Source of the DNA: an uncultured Nitrospinota bacterium | Lineage (GTDB): Bacteria; Tectomicrobia; Entotheonellia; J063; CAVPRW01 | DNA: 64,000 nucleotides | Direction: 5' to 3' | NCBI GenBank assembly: GCA_963707985.1 | Contig: CAVPRW010000046.1 | Coordinates: 96,001 to 160,000, forward strand | In this document: one piece after another, positions 9,483-19,949 of the stretch | Layout of the letters: every line of letters begins with the position of its first letter | Numbering within the stretch: position 1 is the first letter of the stretch | Program-made: the position numbers and the translations under genes | Notes under the pieces: model-generated | What the model saw: only the letters and a program-made list of their open reading frames with translations | Databases searched by the model: none | Told to the model about the DNA's origin: nothing

Positions 9483-11345
9483 TTACGGCTTGACGCCGCT
9501 CCCATCCGTCTGCCAATCCCACCCCGCGGCTTCCAGCTCCAGCAAGGCGGCAAACCGTCCGCCGCGGCGGATCAGTTCCTCGGGAGGACCCGCTTCCACG
9601 ATCTGACCCGCCTCCATCACCAGGACCCGATCGGCCTCTTGGGCCGTGGCCAGGCGATGGGCCACGGTGAGGACCGCACGGCCGCGGCCCATGACCGCCG
9701 CCCGGATGGCGGCGCGAACGGCAGCCTCGCTGGCGCTATCGACCGCGGCCGTGGCCTCGTCCAGCAACAGCACGGCCGGGTCCCACACCAGGGCCCGGGC
9801 GAGGGCGAGCAATTGGCGCTGTCCAGCCGAGAGTTGGATGCCCCCGCCCAAGCGTGTGTCATAGCCCTGTGGCAAGGCTTGGATGAACGCGTCCGCACCG
9901 GCGATGGCCGCGGCCCGCTGGACGGCCTCGCGCGACACCGATGGATCCCCGAGCGTGAGGTTGTCGAACACCGTGCCGCGGAAGAGGTGCACCACCTGCT
10001 GGACCACGCCCATCGCACGTCGACGCTGGTCATCGGTCAACACGGTGGGGTCCGCGCCAGCCACCCGGACGGTCCCGCTCCACGGGGTGTAGAGTCCCCC
10101 CAGCAGGTGTAAGACGCTGCTCTTCCCGGCGCCCGTCCGTCCCACCAGGACGAGATGCTCCCCGGGCTGCGCCGCCAGCGTCACGCCATGCAGTATGGGA
10201 TGGTTGGGCAGGTAGCCGAAGACCACCTGCCGCATCTCGAGGGCGGCATCGCTGCGGGAGCGAGGCTGGTGCGGGCTCCTGGGCGCCGACTCCGTGGACG
10301 GGAGCGCCAGCACCTGGAAGATGCGCTCCAGCCCCGCCAGGGCGGCCTGGACGGTCTGCCACTCGTTGCCCAGGGTCATGATCGGCACAAAAAAGCGCTG
10401 CAGGAGCAGGACAAAGGCCGTGAGCGTGCCCAGCGAGAGGTGCAGGGACGCCAGCAGACCTTGGCCCGCGACCCCGACCCAGAGCACCAACGCCATGGCC
10501 AGCGCCGAGAAAATCACGATCAAGGGGATGTAGAGGGCCGAGTAGACGGTGGCACGATTGTAGGCGGCCACGCCGTCGCGAAGGGCGGCCCGGAACCGGG
10601 CGATAAAGGCGGCCTCGCTGCCGAGCGCGCGAATCACCTCCACCCCCCCCAGGGTCTCCTGGAGGTGGGTATTTTGCAGACCGACGGCCTGGCGGCTCGC
10701 CCGTTCGGCGTCGCGGACCCCGACCTGGAACGCGCGGGTCAGCAGCACCACCGGCACCACCGGCAGCGCCGCCACCAGGGACAGCAGCGGGCTGAGGGCC
10801 ACCATGGCTGCGGCGATGGTCGCCAGCCGGACCACTCCCAGCAGGACCGTGGCCCCACTCGTCCCACTGGCGACCCCTCCCGAGGAGGCCACGGCCCCGG
10901 CCACGGCTGTGGTGAAGAGCGTCGACACGGTGTCCACATCCGCCGTGCAACGGCTGATGATATCTCCCAGCGGGGTGCGGTCATAATACCGCATGGGTAA
11001 GGTCAGCAGATGACTGAAGAGGCGCACCCGCAGCCGGCGGAGCACGCCCTGCGCAATGGTCGCCGTGAGATACTCGGTCAGAAATCCCAGCACCTGCACG
11101 GCCGCCGTGGCCCCCAGGTAGAGGGCCGCGAGGGTGAGCAGCCCCTCGGACCGGCCGTGGGCTAGTGGCCCATCGACGATCTTCTGCACCAGCAGCGGCG
11201 GAGCCAACTCCACCACCGCGCCCAGGAGCACGGCGACGCCCACCAGGGCGAGCCACCAGCGCCAGGGCGTGAGCATGGCCCAGAGTTGGTTGAGGGTCAT
11301 CCCACTGTGCTGCTGGGTTGCGGCAGATGAGCTCGTGTGGGTCAT
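9483..11345 (-). CDS. ABC exporter, fused permease/ATPase
   Basis: TM domain, GRTGAGKS, LSAGQRQ and LLLDEAT. Confidence 0.92.
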   Translation of the reverse strand: MTHTSSSAATQQHSGMTLNQLWAMLTPWRWWLALVGVAVLLGAVVELAPPLLVQKIVDGPLAHGRSEGLLTLAALYLGATAAVQVLGFLTEYLTATIAQGVLRRLRVRLFSHLLTLPMRYYDRTPLGDIISRCTADVDTVSTLFTTAVAGAVASSGGVASGTSGATVLLGVVRLATIAAAMVALSPLLSLVAALPVVPVVLLTRAFQVGVRDAERASRQAVGLQNTHLQETLGGVEVIRALGSEAAFIARFRAALRDGVAAYNRATVYSALYIPLIVIFSALAMALVLWVGVAGQGLLASLHLSLGTLTAFVLLLQRFFVPIMTLGNEWQTVQAALAGLERIFQVLALPSTESAPRSPHQPRSRSDAALEMRQVVFGYLPNHPILHGVTLAAQPGEHLVLVGRTGAGKSSVLHLLGGLYTPWSGTVRVAGADPTVLTDDQRRRAMGVVQQVVHLFRGTVFDNLTLGDPSVSREAVQRAAAIAGADAFIQALPQGYDTRLGGGIQLSAGQRQLLALARALVWDPAVLLLDEATAAVDSASEAAVRAAIRAAVMGRGRAVLTVAHRLATAQEADRVLVMEAGQIVEAGPPEELIRRGGRFAALLELEAAGWDWQTDGSGVKP

Positions 11346-11366
11346 CGGGTGTCCCCCTTGGTCACG

Positions 11367-13238
11367 CTACCCTGTGCTGACCAGACGCTGCGCCCGGTAG
11401 ATGCGGGCGTACAGCCCGTTGCCGGTGCTCAGTTCGGCGTGGGTCCCTTGCTCACGCACGCGACCGTGGTCCAGGACCACCACCCGATCGGCCTGCGGAA
11501 ATGCCGACAGTCGGTGTGAGCACAGCACGATCGTGCATTGCTGGGCGTATGGCTGCGACGGGCCGAAGAGCTGTCGCAAGGCCGCAACGATCGTGGCTTC
11601 CGTGTCCAGGTCCAGGGCCGAGAACGGATCGTCCAGGACCAGCAGCCCCGGAGCCCGGGGGCCGGAGGCCGCCAGCGCGCGCGCCAGGGCAATACGCTGA
11701 CGCTGACCACCGGAGACGCGGATGCCCAGTTCGCCGATTTCCGTCTCCAGGCCCGCCGGAAAGGTCTGCAGGTCCTCACCCAGGGCGGCGCAGGCCACGG
11801 CCCATTCCGGGACAGGGTGAGCGCTGGCCCCATCGCGGGCATGGGCCAACACCTGACGCCGGGCGACCGAACCCAACACGATGTTGTCGCGCACGGTGCC
11901 CGAGAAGAGCCAGGGGTCCTGGGCCAGATATCCAGTACGGGCGGCGCGCTCGGCCACCGGAATGTCCTCCAGGGGACGGCCATCCAGCAGCACCTGCCCC
12001 GACTCTAAAGGGTACAGGCCCAGTAGGGCCCTGGCCAGCGCGCTTTTGCCCGAGCCCACGGGGCCCGTGACCGCGACCAGGGCGCCAGCCGGAATGTCGA
12101 GCCAGATGTCGTGCAACGCGGGAGCGGTGGCGGTCGAGTAGCGGAAGGTGACCCCTTGCAAGGAGACCGCCACCGGTCCGGAGGGAACGGCGGGTAGTGC
12201 AGGCACCGGATCCTGCATGCCGACGATATGGCCAGCACGGAAGGAGGCCCCAGGTGGCTCGTCGGCGAGCGGCGGGGGAGGCGCCAGGAGTGGACGGAGC
12301 CGCGCGTAGGCGGCGGCACCGCCCTGGATGGAGTTGACCATCTGGGGCACCCGAAAGCCACGGTTGACGAAGCGCAGATAGAGCTCCAGGTAGGCAATGA
12401 AGGCCCCGAGTGTCATGGTGCCGCTGACGACCTGCTCGCCCCCCTGCCAGACCACCAGCAGGACGCCCGCACTCATGAGCGTGGTATAGACCGGCCGGAG
12501 TCCGCTGCGCAGCCGCACCAGGGCCAGGTTGGTGGCGGCTTGCTCTCCTGCCAGCGTGTCGACTCGCTCCACAGCGGCTCCCGTCCGGCCAAAGAGTCGG
12601 AGGACACGGATCCCGGCCAACTGCTCCTGGAGCGCCGTGGTCAGGGACGCGTTGGCTTCGCGGGAGGCCGTGGTGAGACCGGCGACCCAACGGCCCGTGG
12701 CCTTGGCCAGGAGCATGGCGACGGGCACCGGCAGCAAGGCCAGCACGGTCAGGGGCAGGTCGTAGACCAACATCGCGACCACGAGCGAGAGGGAAAACAG
12801 GACGGTGTCCCAGGTCTCGATGGTAAACTCGCGCAGGCCCACGCCGAGCACCTCGACGTCGCCGATAATGCGTGCCATCACGTCGCCCACAGGGGTGCGG
12901 TCCAGCCGTGCCATCGGCCAGCCGATGACGCCGCGCAACGCATCCGCCCGGATGTTGGCACGGATACGGCCGTTAGCCGTCATCAGCCACCAGCGCTTGG
13001 CCATGCGGGGGACTTCGGTGAGCAGCGTGCCGCCCACGAAGGCCAGGGCGGCCCAGCCCACCACGTCCGGGCCCACGTCACCCCGTTCAAACGCCCGCGC
13101 CGCATTGATGGCCCGGCCCAGCAGGATCGCCGGCAGCACCACGGCGGTGTTCATGATGATCCCGGTGATCGAGCCGAGGACCAGCTGCCCCGTCACCTGG
13201 CGGAAGTAGGGGCGCATCTCCCAGAGATAGTAGCTCAT
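11367..13238 (-). CDS. ABC exporter, fused permease/ATPase (heterodimer partner)
   Basis: GPVGSGKS, VSGGQRQR and degenerate LVLDDP Walker B, typical of heterodimeric exporters. Confidence 0.92.
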   Translation of the reverse strand: MSYYLWEMRPYFRQVTGQLVLGSITGIIMNTAVVLPAILLGRAINAARAFERGDVGPDVVGWAALAFVGGTLLTEVPRMAKRWWLMTANGRIRANIRADALRGVIGWPMARLDRTPVGDVMARIIGDVEVLGVGLREFTIETWDTVLFSLSLVVAMLVYDLPLTVLALLPVPVAMLLAKATGRWVAGLTTASREANASLTTALQEQLAGIRVLRLFGRTGAAVERVDTLAGEQAATNLALVRLRSGLRPVYTTLMSAGVLLVVWQGGEQVVSGTMTLGAFIAYLELYLRFVNRGFRVPQMVNSIQGGAAAYARLRPLLAPPPPLADEPPGASFRAGHIVGMQDPVPALPAVPSGPVAVSLQGVTFRYSTATAPALHDIWLDIPAGALVAVTGPVGSGKSALARALLGLYPLESGQVLLDGRPLEDIPVAERAARTGYLAQDPWLFSGTVRDNIVLGSVARRQVLAHARDGASAHPVPEWAVACAALGEDLQTFPAGLETEIGELGIRVSGGQRQRIALARALAASGPRAPGLLVLDDPFSALDLDTEATIVAALRQLFGPSQPYAQQCTIVLCSHRLSAFPQADRVVVLDHGRVREQGTHAELSTGNGLYARIYRAQRLVSTG

Positions 13239-14225
13239 CGACGATCGGTCCTTCCCTGGTGTGTCGTCTCATGCGGCGTCACGAGCGGTGGGCGACTCAC
13301 GCCACAGGTCTGTAGCAGATGGCGCAACCGCTCCAGGGCCTGGGGTCGCCTATCCGGTCGCGTCGCGAGCGCCGCCATATCACTGAGCACAAGGCTCGAG
13401 CGCCACGCGGCCATGAACTCGTCGGTGAGCGGTGCTTCGTCAGCGTATCCTTGCAGCATGACGACATGGTCCGCGTGGGTCGGCCACCGCCAATCGAGTG
13501 CGGGATGACCGATATACGCATCGCCGAAATCGATCAGGCCGACAAACGCGAGGGTATCAGGCTGGACAAAGGTATGGACCGGCCCGGGGTTCGAGTGCAG
13601 CGCCACCAGATCGACCGAGGCAGGGAGCGCCGCAAGAGCCCTTGACGCCAGGTCCGCTGGCGAGACGCCGAGCGGCCAGAGGTGTGGGGTGTCATCAATG
13701 ACCTGCACCGCATGGGCCAGGTTCGCCCGCATACGCTCGACGAACGCACTCCCGTGTGTGATTTCCAGGGAAGAGCGCGCTGTCAGAGAACGGCGCCTGG
13801 GGAATCGAGTGGAGGCGTCGCAAGGTCCTCCCGAGCTGATGCAACACGTCCGTTCGTTTCGCCCCGGTGAGCTCGACTGTGAGCGCAGAGACTCCTGGCA
13901 TCCGCGTCATCACCAGGTATTCGATGCTGTCATGCCTGCCGTATCCCAGCACGTGGGGGACCACGATGTCTGGGTAGGCGGACAGCTGATGCAGGAAGAA
14001 CGCTTCCTTTTCCAAGCTGGTCCGGGGGCGCAGGCGGTGGGGTCGTTGGACCTTCACCACAAGGGTGTCGTCAATGACATACACACGGGCCTCCCCACCC
14101 GTCTCATCAATGCTGGTGACCGCCGAGCCGCGCACGCCATGGCGACGCACGAGGGCAAGCACCGTCCGCTCATCCAGCACAGGGTCAGCGGCGTGGGGCT
14201 GGCTGTAGATGTCATCAGGTGGCAT
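13235..14225 (-). pseudogene. APH/choline-kinase-family phosphotransferase, frameshift near 13750
   Basis: N-half has GGEARVY..VVKV..KEAFFL..VPHVL..YLVMTRMPG; C-half has LHSNPGPVH..GLIDFGDA. ATGA overlap with the ABC gene. Confidence 0.75.
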
Positions 14226-14374
14226 GATTCCCCCTCCGCACCCTCGGGAGTGCCCCCAATCGGCGCGCTGTGTGTCATGGGCTTTGGCCCTTGGTTCCCC
14301 AGGTTCAATGCTCATTGTCTATATACGGGTCGACGAAGGCGGCCTGAGACGGCGTGGCCATGCGATTGGGGCTG

Positions 14375-15577
14375 TCACGAGAATCGACCGCGCAGGACAA
14401 GCCCCACGGCAGCGCCTCCCAGCATGAGCGGTAAGGGGCCGAGGCGCCCACATCCCATCGCCACCACTGTGCCCACGGCCAGCAACCCGGTAATCAGGTC
14501 GAGTATCGCGTGGGGCAACATCCGGATCACCGCCACGGCGGTCATGCCGATCACCACGGGGCTGATGCCCTGGAGGGCCGCTTTCATCCAGGCCAAACGT
14601 CTCATGCGCTCCATCACGGGCAGAACTGCGAGCATAAGGATGAACGAGGGCAGGTAGACTGCCACCGCCGCCGCCACGGCACCCCAGATGGCGCCGACAG
14701 CGTACCCCACGAACGCGGCCAGCATCACGATAGGCCCTGGGGTGAGTTGACCGAGCGCCAGACCGTCGAGGAATTGCTGCGGCGTCAGCCAGTGTAAGTG
14801 ATTGACGACCTGATCTTGTATGAACGCCAGGATGGTCAATCCACCCCCAAAGGTAAAGGCTCCAACTTTGAGAAAGAAGCGCCCGATCTCCCAGAGACCG
14901 GGGTTGAGGGAGGTCATGGTGGGGTCGATAGCGGGGCCAGTGAAGGCAGGAATTGTGACCCGCGCGCTCCCCCAATGGTAAGCACCATACAGGATGATGA
15001 TGACCAGCCCTACCGCGATACCGCAGGCGCGCGAGCCGTAGCGCACGACACCGACAGCACCGGCCAGGAGCATCGTGGGGACGATGCCAACGCCCGTGAG
15101 GCCCAGGGCCAGAGCGCTGCCGAGCGCCAGCAGGACTTGCGTCCGATCGCGAACCGCCGCCCGGCCCAGCCGGTACACGGACGTCGCAAAGATCCCCACC
15201 ACCACTGGGCTCAGTCCATAAAATAGATGACGCATGCTCGGCAGCGCACCATAACGGTGATAGATCAGGGTCAAGGCCAGCAGGATACAAAACGCGGGCA
15301 GGATGAAACAGAGCCCTGCCAGTACACCCCCCCACCATCCAGCGCGCGTGAAGCCTAAAAAGATCCCCAACTGGACCCCGCTGGGACCTGGCAAGGTATT
15401 CACCAGCGCCAGCCCCTCGATAAACTGTTCCCTTGGGATCCAGGCCCGCTTTTCCAGGACCTCCGTCTGCATGATGCCTACGGACGCAGCCCCGCCGTAA
15501 TTCATGGCGCCAATCTTCAGGAATGTCCCCATGACCTCTCGCCAATGCTGTCGAAACCCCCCGGGCGTGCTCCTCAC
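14375..15577 (-). CDS. chrA: Chromate efflux transporter
   Basis: Two CHR repeats (FLKIGAMNYGG...LPGP; FLKVGAFTFGGG...GQLTPGP); GTG start after AGGAGGGG. Confidence 0.9.
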   Translation of the reverse strand: MRSTPGGFRQHWREVMGTFLKIGAMNYGGAASVGIMQTEVLEKRAWIPREQFIEGLALVNTLPGPSGVQLGIFLGFTRAGWWGGVLAGLCFILPAFCILLALTLIYHRYGALPSMRHLFYGLSPVVVGIFATSVYRLGRAAVRDRTQVLLALGSALALGLTGVGIVPTMLLAGAVGVVRYGSRACGIAVGLVIIILYGAYHWGSARVTIPAFTGPAIDPTMTSLNPGLWEIGRFFLKVGAFTFGGGLTILAFIQDQVVNHLHWLTPQQFLDGLALGQLTPGPIVMLAAFVGYAVGAIWGAVAAAVAVYLPSFILMLAVLPVMERMRRLAWMKAALQGISPVVIGMTAVAVIRMLPHAILDLITGLLAVGTVVAMGCGRLGPLPLMLGGAAVGLVLRGRFS

Positions 15578-15798
15578 GCGCGTCCCCCTCCTGATCGGCC
15601 GGATGGAATCGGTCTCCTTGGTGTCGTCGTCGACGACTTTGACGACAAGGCTCGTGTTCGCCTCAAAGGCCTTCACAATCGTGTCCGAGAACACTCGGTC
15701 TTCGAACGTCTACACGACGACCTGCTAGGCACCTCGCCGGCGGCCGCTGAGAAGCTTTCTTTCGAGAACCATCAGGAGGCGCTCAATGATGAGGCGCC

Positions 15799-16497
15799 TT
15801 ATGGCCCATCCGCCTTGATGCCGCGCACCACCAATTCATCAAACGCGGTGATCGAGTCGGCCTTGGTCCAGAGGCCTACCTGGCCGGCGCGAAAGCGCGC
15901 GTCACGATGGTCCAGCAGGCGCGTGCCGTTGAGGTAGGCCTGGAAGTGATCGCCCACCGCGACCATCCGCATCGTGTGCCACTGGCCGAGCGCCGGCGGC
16001 TGCACCGTGGTCGTGGCCAGCTGATGTCGGCTCCGGTCATAGTAGTACAGCCGAACGTTGTCCTCCAGCGCATTGGCCCGCACGACGTAGTAGTGCCCCC
16101 CGGTGAAGCGAAACACCAGGCCAGCGGAGGCGTCTTCCCGGCCGGAGATCGGTTTGAAGCGGACAGAGATGTCTACGTCCGTATACGGCCCTCCAGGGGT
16201 GACAATCACGTTGAAGGCATTCTTGACGGCGCGCTGCACGAGCACGCGCTCGCCACTCAGAGCCCCCGGCATCTCTTCCACGGCCCACTCGCCGTCAATC
16301 GTCCTCCAGCCCTTGAGATCCTGAAGCTCGAAGTCAAAGCGCTCCGCCTGGGCGGTCTCGGGCACGCTGAGCTCGGCCGCTTGGGCCATGATGAAGCGTT
16401 GGGAGGAGTCTTCGGAGGGCTCGAATAACCACACGCCTCCGAACACGATCAGCGCCAGTCCACAGATCGACCGGTAGAGTGGTTTGATGCGCCGCAT
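15799..16497 (-). CDS. Membrane-anchored DUF1080-like beta-sandwich (lectin/GH16-like) protein
   Basis: N-terminal TM; motifs AGLVFR..YYVVRANALEDN, WHTMRMVA and GQVGLWTKADSITAFD. Confidence 0.7.
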   Translation of the reverse strand: MRRIKPLYRSICGLALIVFGGVWLFEPSEDSSQRFIMAQAAELSVPETAQAERFDFELQDLKGWRTIDGEWAVEEMPGALSGERVLVQRAVKNAFNVIVTPGGPYTDVDISVRFKPISGREDASAGLVFRFTGGHYYVVRANALEDNVRLYYYDRSRHQLATTTVQPPALGQWHTMRMVAVGDHFQAYLNGTRLLDHRDARFRAGQVGLWTKADSITAFDELVVRGIKADGP

Positions 16498-16689
16498 AGG
16501 CTCCTCCTTTGCCATCGTGCTTCCCGGTCGGCCCCAACGCCCCGTGCGATCCCGGCGTGCCGACGGTGCCATTACCCCATTCGCACCAACGGCCAGAGCA
16601 CTAAGCCCACGAGTCCAGAGAGCGCGACAAGCAGCGGTTCTGGGACTTTGAAGCGCCATAAGACCCCGAGGCTCGCAAGCCCGATGAGC

Positions 16690-16863
16690 TCGGCGCTCCA
16701 CCAGATCCCGGTGCATGAAGCCGACCAACGCGACCGGCCCGCCAAACCCCCAGGTGCCGAGGGTGAGAAAATATCCGGTGAGGGGCCAGAGCCCTATGCC
16801 ACTTCACGAGACGGGCTCGTCGTAGTGGCGTGGGCCAGCCGATTGAGACGGCGATCGTGACAT
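16690..16863 (-). pseudogene. 5' remnant of a second chrA
   Basis: GGAGG RBS and ATG; reads ...GYFLTLGTWGFGGPVALVGFMHRDLVERR, then breaks off. Confidence 0.7.
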
Positions 16864-16977
16864 CGTGTTCCTCCATTTCGCACCTGGGTGTTTTCTCGTC
16901 ACACCACTCACGATGGGAGTCATTGGCAGCCACCGCGCTGGCACTTCGCGAAACTCCTGAAGCTGGTGTGTGCCCGA

Positions 16978-17946
16978 TTACGGCCGTTGGCTCTCAAGCG
17001 CGGCTTTTAACCCCGTGGCGAGCGCACGGGTCGGGCCCACGCCCCAGTAGTGCAAAAAAACGGTGCGCGGGGACTCCTCAATCATGTGGTGATGAATGGC
17101 GACGATGTTGATGCCGGCCCCGCGCAAGGCCTTGAGCACCGGCTGCAGCTCGGGCTCGAACATGACGAAATCGCCATCGACGACCGCTTCGGTATCGCTT
17201 CCGGCAAAGGCCGCCCAGGTGTTGACGCCCATGGCATTTCCCACCTCATGGCCGTGCATCGTCGTGGCGCGCCCCATGGTGATCTTGTAGACACCACTGG
17301 CGAGTTGCCCCTTGACGCCGAGGAGGTCTTCAATGACGTTCGGGTTCAATGACGTCTGCGCGGGGCTGAGCACGACCTGCGGGAGCTCACTGGTGTGGGG
17401 ATCGAGAAACGTTTCGGCCGGGCTGCGTTCGACCCGTGGGACCTCACTCGTGTGGCGACTCGTGTTTTGGATGCTGGCAAAGACTTTACCAACAGCGCCG
17501 GCAAGTGTTTCCTCCTCGCCCATGCCGCCGATGTGCATGAACATCACCCGGGGCGAATCCCACAAGAAGTGGTTGTGGAGTGCCGTGACTTCGAGGCCGT
17601 GCTCCAGGGCGGCACTCATCACCGGGTTCACCTGATTCTCCAAGAGGACCATATCGCCCATGACCATGACTTGGTTTCCCGCTTGCTGAAATGCCGCCCA
17701 CGAGGTGAGCCCCAACGGCGGCGTCATCTTCACGCCGGCTATAGTGATGGCCAGGTCGCTCCGGGGCATGCTCACCTTGAACACCCCGTCTTTCTCGCTG
17801 AGCTCGCCTTTCATCCCTGTCAAGCGCTCGATCATGGCCGTATCCAGGCGGGCTTCCCTCGAGGCGGATCCCACTTCGGAGCTCACGAGCATGAGCCATG
17901 TCAGGGCAACCATTGTTCCCACCGCGATGCTTCGTCGGCTACTCAT
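16978..17946 (-). CDS. Exported tandem DUF1259 (LppY/LpqO-like) protein
   Basis: Signal peptide; two repeats of WAAF..GD.V....V..L...GI.V.A.H[NH]H....PR..F[ML]H. Confidence 0.8.
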   Translation of the reverse strand: MSSRRSIAVGTMVALTWLMLVSSEVGSASREARLDTAMIERLTGMKGELSEKDGVFKVSMPRSDLAITIAGVKMTPPLGLTSWAAFQQAGNQVMVMGDMVLLENQVNPVMSAALEHGLEVTALHNHFLWDSPRVMFMHIGGMGEEETLAGAVGKVFASIQNTSRHTSEVPRVERSPAETFLDPHTSELPQVVLSPAQTSLNPNVIEDLLGVKGQLASGVYKITMGRATTMHGHEVGNAMGVNTWAAFAGSDTEAVVDGDFVMFEPELQPVLKALRGAGINIVAIHHHMIEESPRTVFLHYWGVGPTRALATGLKAALESQRP

Positions 17947-18026
17947 CGAACACCTCCGTCTCCATCAGCACGCCCGTATGCGTGTCAGACGTGATCAGGT
18001 GCAGATCATGAACCTCGCTGATGCGA

Positions 18027-18482
18027 TCAGCCGTGCACCGTCGGCTGGAGGGTGGGCAGTGTGCCACCGCAGTATACATACAGCGCGTCATAGATCGGAA
18101 ACTCCCGTCCGAGCTTCTCAGGATCGCTTAACTCCATTTTCTGGAAGCCGCCGGCGATGGCATCGAGCCCACGAGACTCAGGCGTCAGGTCCTTATCGGC
18201 GGTATCTGCACCGCGGACAATGAGCGCCAGGCGATCCAGCGCAGGGTCTTTGCCGTCCAGGCGATACTTCTGCATCAGCGCATCAAAGCTACAGAAGGGA
18301 CCGTGGTGGCCAAGCTCGACGTCGGGAACGTCGTACGGAGTGGCCCCATGTCGTTTCGATTCGGCCATCACCTGGTCTGCAGGCACGTAGAGAAACTCCG
18401 GGCTCGAATCGATGAAGCGACTGATGAGCCAGGGACAAGCAATGCGGTCGACTTTGGCCCGTTCACGCGTAATCCATTTCAT
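18027..18482 (-). CDS. Stand-alone ChrB C-terminal domain protein (ChrF-like)
   Basis: MKWITRERAKVDRIACPWLISRFID...HHGPFCSFD...IVRGADT...YDALY. Confidence 0.85.
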   Translation of the reverse strand: MKWITRERAKVDRIACPWLISRFIDSSPEFLYVPADQVMAESKRHGATPYDVPDVELGHHGPFCSFDALMQKYRLDGKDPALDRLALIVRGADTADKDLTPESRGLDAIAGGFQKMELSDPEKLGREFPIYDALYVYCGGTLPTLQPTVHG

Positions 18483-18665
18483 GAAGGCTCTCCTTTCCCT
18501 CTCCTGCGCCATACAGAAATGCTGGCGCTGGAGACACCGGTTGATCATCGCTCCGATGTGCCACTGTCGCCCAGCCGCCTCATATGGGCAGCGATCACAC
18601 GTATAGCGACGTTGTGTGGTCAGACAAAGAGGACGGTGCGATCGTCTCTCATGGCCTGTCCCCAT

Positions 18666-19646
18666 CTATTCGTGTTCATCCGCCCCGGCTGAGCGCTTCT
18701 GGGGCAGTTGCCGGTGGCGTACAAGCGAGGCATAGAGCCCCTCAAAGAGGACCACGCCGTGGGCTTCGAGCTCTGCATCGGAGAGCCTCGCCAGTAACCA
18801 ACCCTTGAGGATGGCATCAACGCCTGCCGTTTCCGGGTGCACATAGCGCCCATCCCTGAGGTCAATGTCGTGGATGATTTCGCCCATGGGTTGAAGGACT
18901 GGGTCCTCCAGCCCGAAGGCACGCACCATGGTTTCAAACGTGCAGAGATGACCCTGATGACCGAACTCCGCACCCCGCATATCAAAGGCCACTTCCTCGG
19001 GTTCCGGCGCTAACGCATAGCGGATGACTGCCTCCGGGTCGAGAAACCGTCGGATGAGCCAAATACAGGCGAGCCGATCTACATGCGGACGGGGACGCGT
19101 GACCCAGCGTCTATTCCGATAGGCCTCAAGAGGGGCCGGCGACATCGGTGCGGACGACGCCTCCCTTGGGAAGAGCGACTGCGCGATTCTCGCCAGCCGT
19201 GAGGCGACAAGCCCCCCTTCCAGGGCGTCGAAGAAATCGACCCGGGCGATCTCGGCGTGCCGGCGGCGAAGTTTCTCAAGCGCATCCTGGGAGCGCGCCC
19301 GTTCTTCTGGGTTCATGTGCGCCCGAACTGTGGTCTCAAGGTTTGTCGCCTCCACGTCAAGCTCGCCATAATCCAGCGTCCGAGCTGCACGGAAGCGCTC
19401 GATGAGCGCTTCGTCTGTGAGTCCGTCAAACTGCTCGACATGCATGACTAGAGCTTCCCCCTTGGCATGTTCGACCTCCTCGGCCAGCCACTGGAACGCT
19501 TCCAAGCATTCATCACGGGCCGGAAGGATGTGGTTCCCCCCGGCTGGTGAGACGGCTCCTAAGCGCCGCAATCGGCGCCAGAGCGCCACGCGTGGACTGG
19601 ACTGCGCTTTCGACGGTAGGGAGTAGGAAAACACCACCCAACGCAT
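18666..19646 (-). CDS. chrB: Chromate-responsive regulator
   Basis: N-domain RVALWRRLRRLGAV; C-domain WVTRPRPHVDRLACIWLIRRFLD...CTFE. Confidence 0.9.
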   Translation of the reverse strand: MRWVVFSYSLPSKAQSSPRVALWRRLRRLGAVSPAGGNHILPARDECLEAFQWLAEEVEHAKGEALVMHVEQFDGLTDEALIERFRAARTLDYGELDVEATNLETTVRAHMNPEERARSQDALEKLRRRHAEIARVDFFDALEGGLVASRLARIAQSLFPREASSAPMSPAPLEAYRNRRWVTRPRPHVDRLACIWLIRRFLDPEAVIRYALAPEPEEVAFDMRGAEFGHQGHLCTFETMVRAFGLEDPVLQPMGEIIHDIDLRDGRYVHPETAGVDAILKGWLLARLSDAELEAHGVVLFEGLYASLVRHRQLPQKRSAGADEHE

Positions 19647-19676
19647 AAAACCCTCCTCTTCTGATTCTGAAGCGAA

Positions 19677-19715
19677 TGTAATACTTATTTCTTATCATTG
19701 CAATAATTATTTACA
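19677..19715. promoter_or_regulatory. AT-rich imperfect palindrome upstream of chrB (candidate ChrB operator)
   Basis: TGTAATACTTATTTC-N8-GCAATAATTATTTACA, about 30 bp before the chrB start. Confidence 0.55.
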
Positions 19716-19873
19716 CCTGAGGTGAAGAGAAGATGTGCGTGCTCCAGACGAGTGCGCCGTGAGGCCTTTGTGAGGGCCGCCAACGAAGCCGTTTCGCAGG
19801 TCTTCAATCTGAGATCGTTCGGTTCCGAGTCGTTGCGCTCAAGAAGGCCCATAGCTTAAAGAATATTCTACAA

Positions 19874-19902
19874 TTGACGTACGACAAAAATTTCGTTATA
19901 GT
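19874..19902 (+). promoter_or_regulatory. Sigma70 promoter with embedded ACGA-N8-TCGT dyad
   Basis: TTGACG-17 bp-TATAGT upstream of the BlaI-family gene. Confidence 0.7.
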
Positions 19903-19949
19903 AAATAGGTAATAATGCTCTCGTCATTCCCTCTAAGAGGGTTCTGAGC

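Noticed and set aside
15580..15720. N-terminal extension of ChrA
   Set aside because: A strong RBS and GTG at 15577 fit better; the upstream text looks like an unrelated gene fragment.
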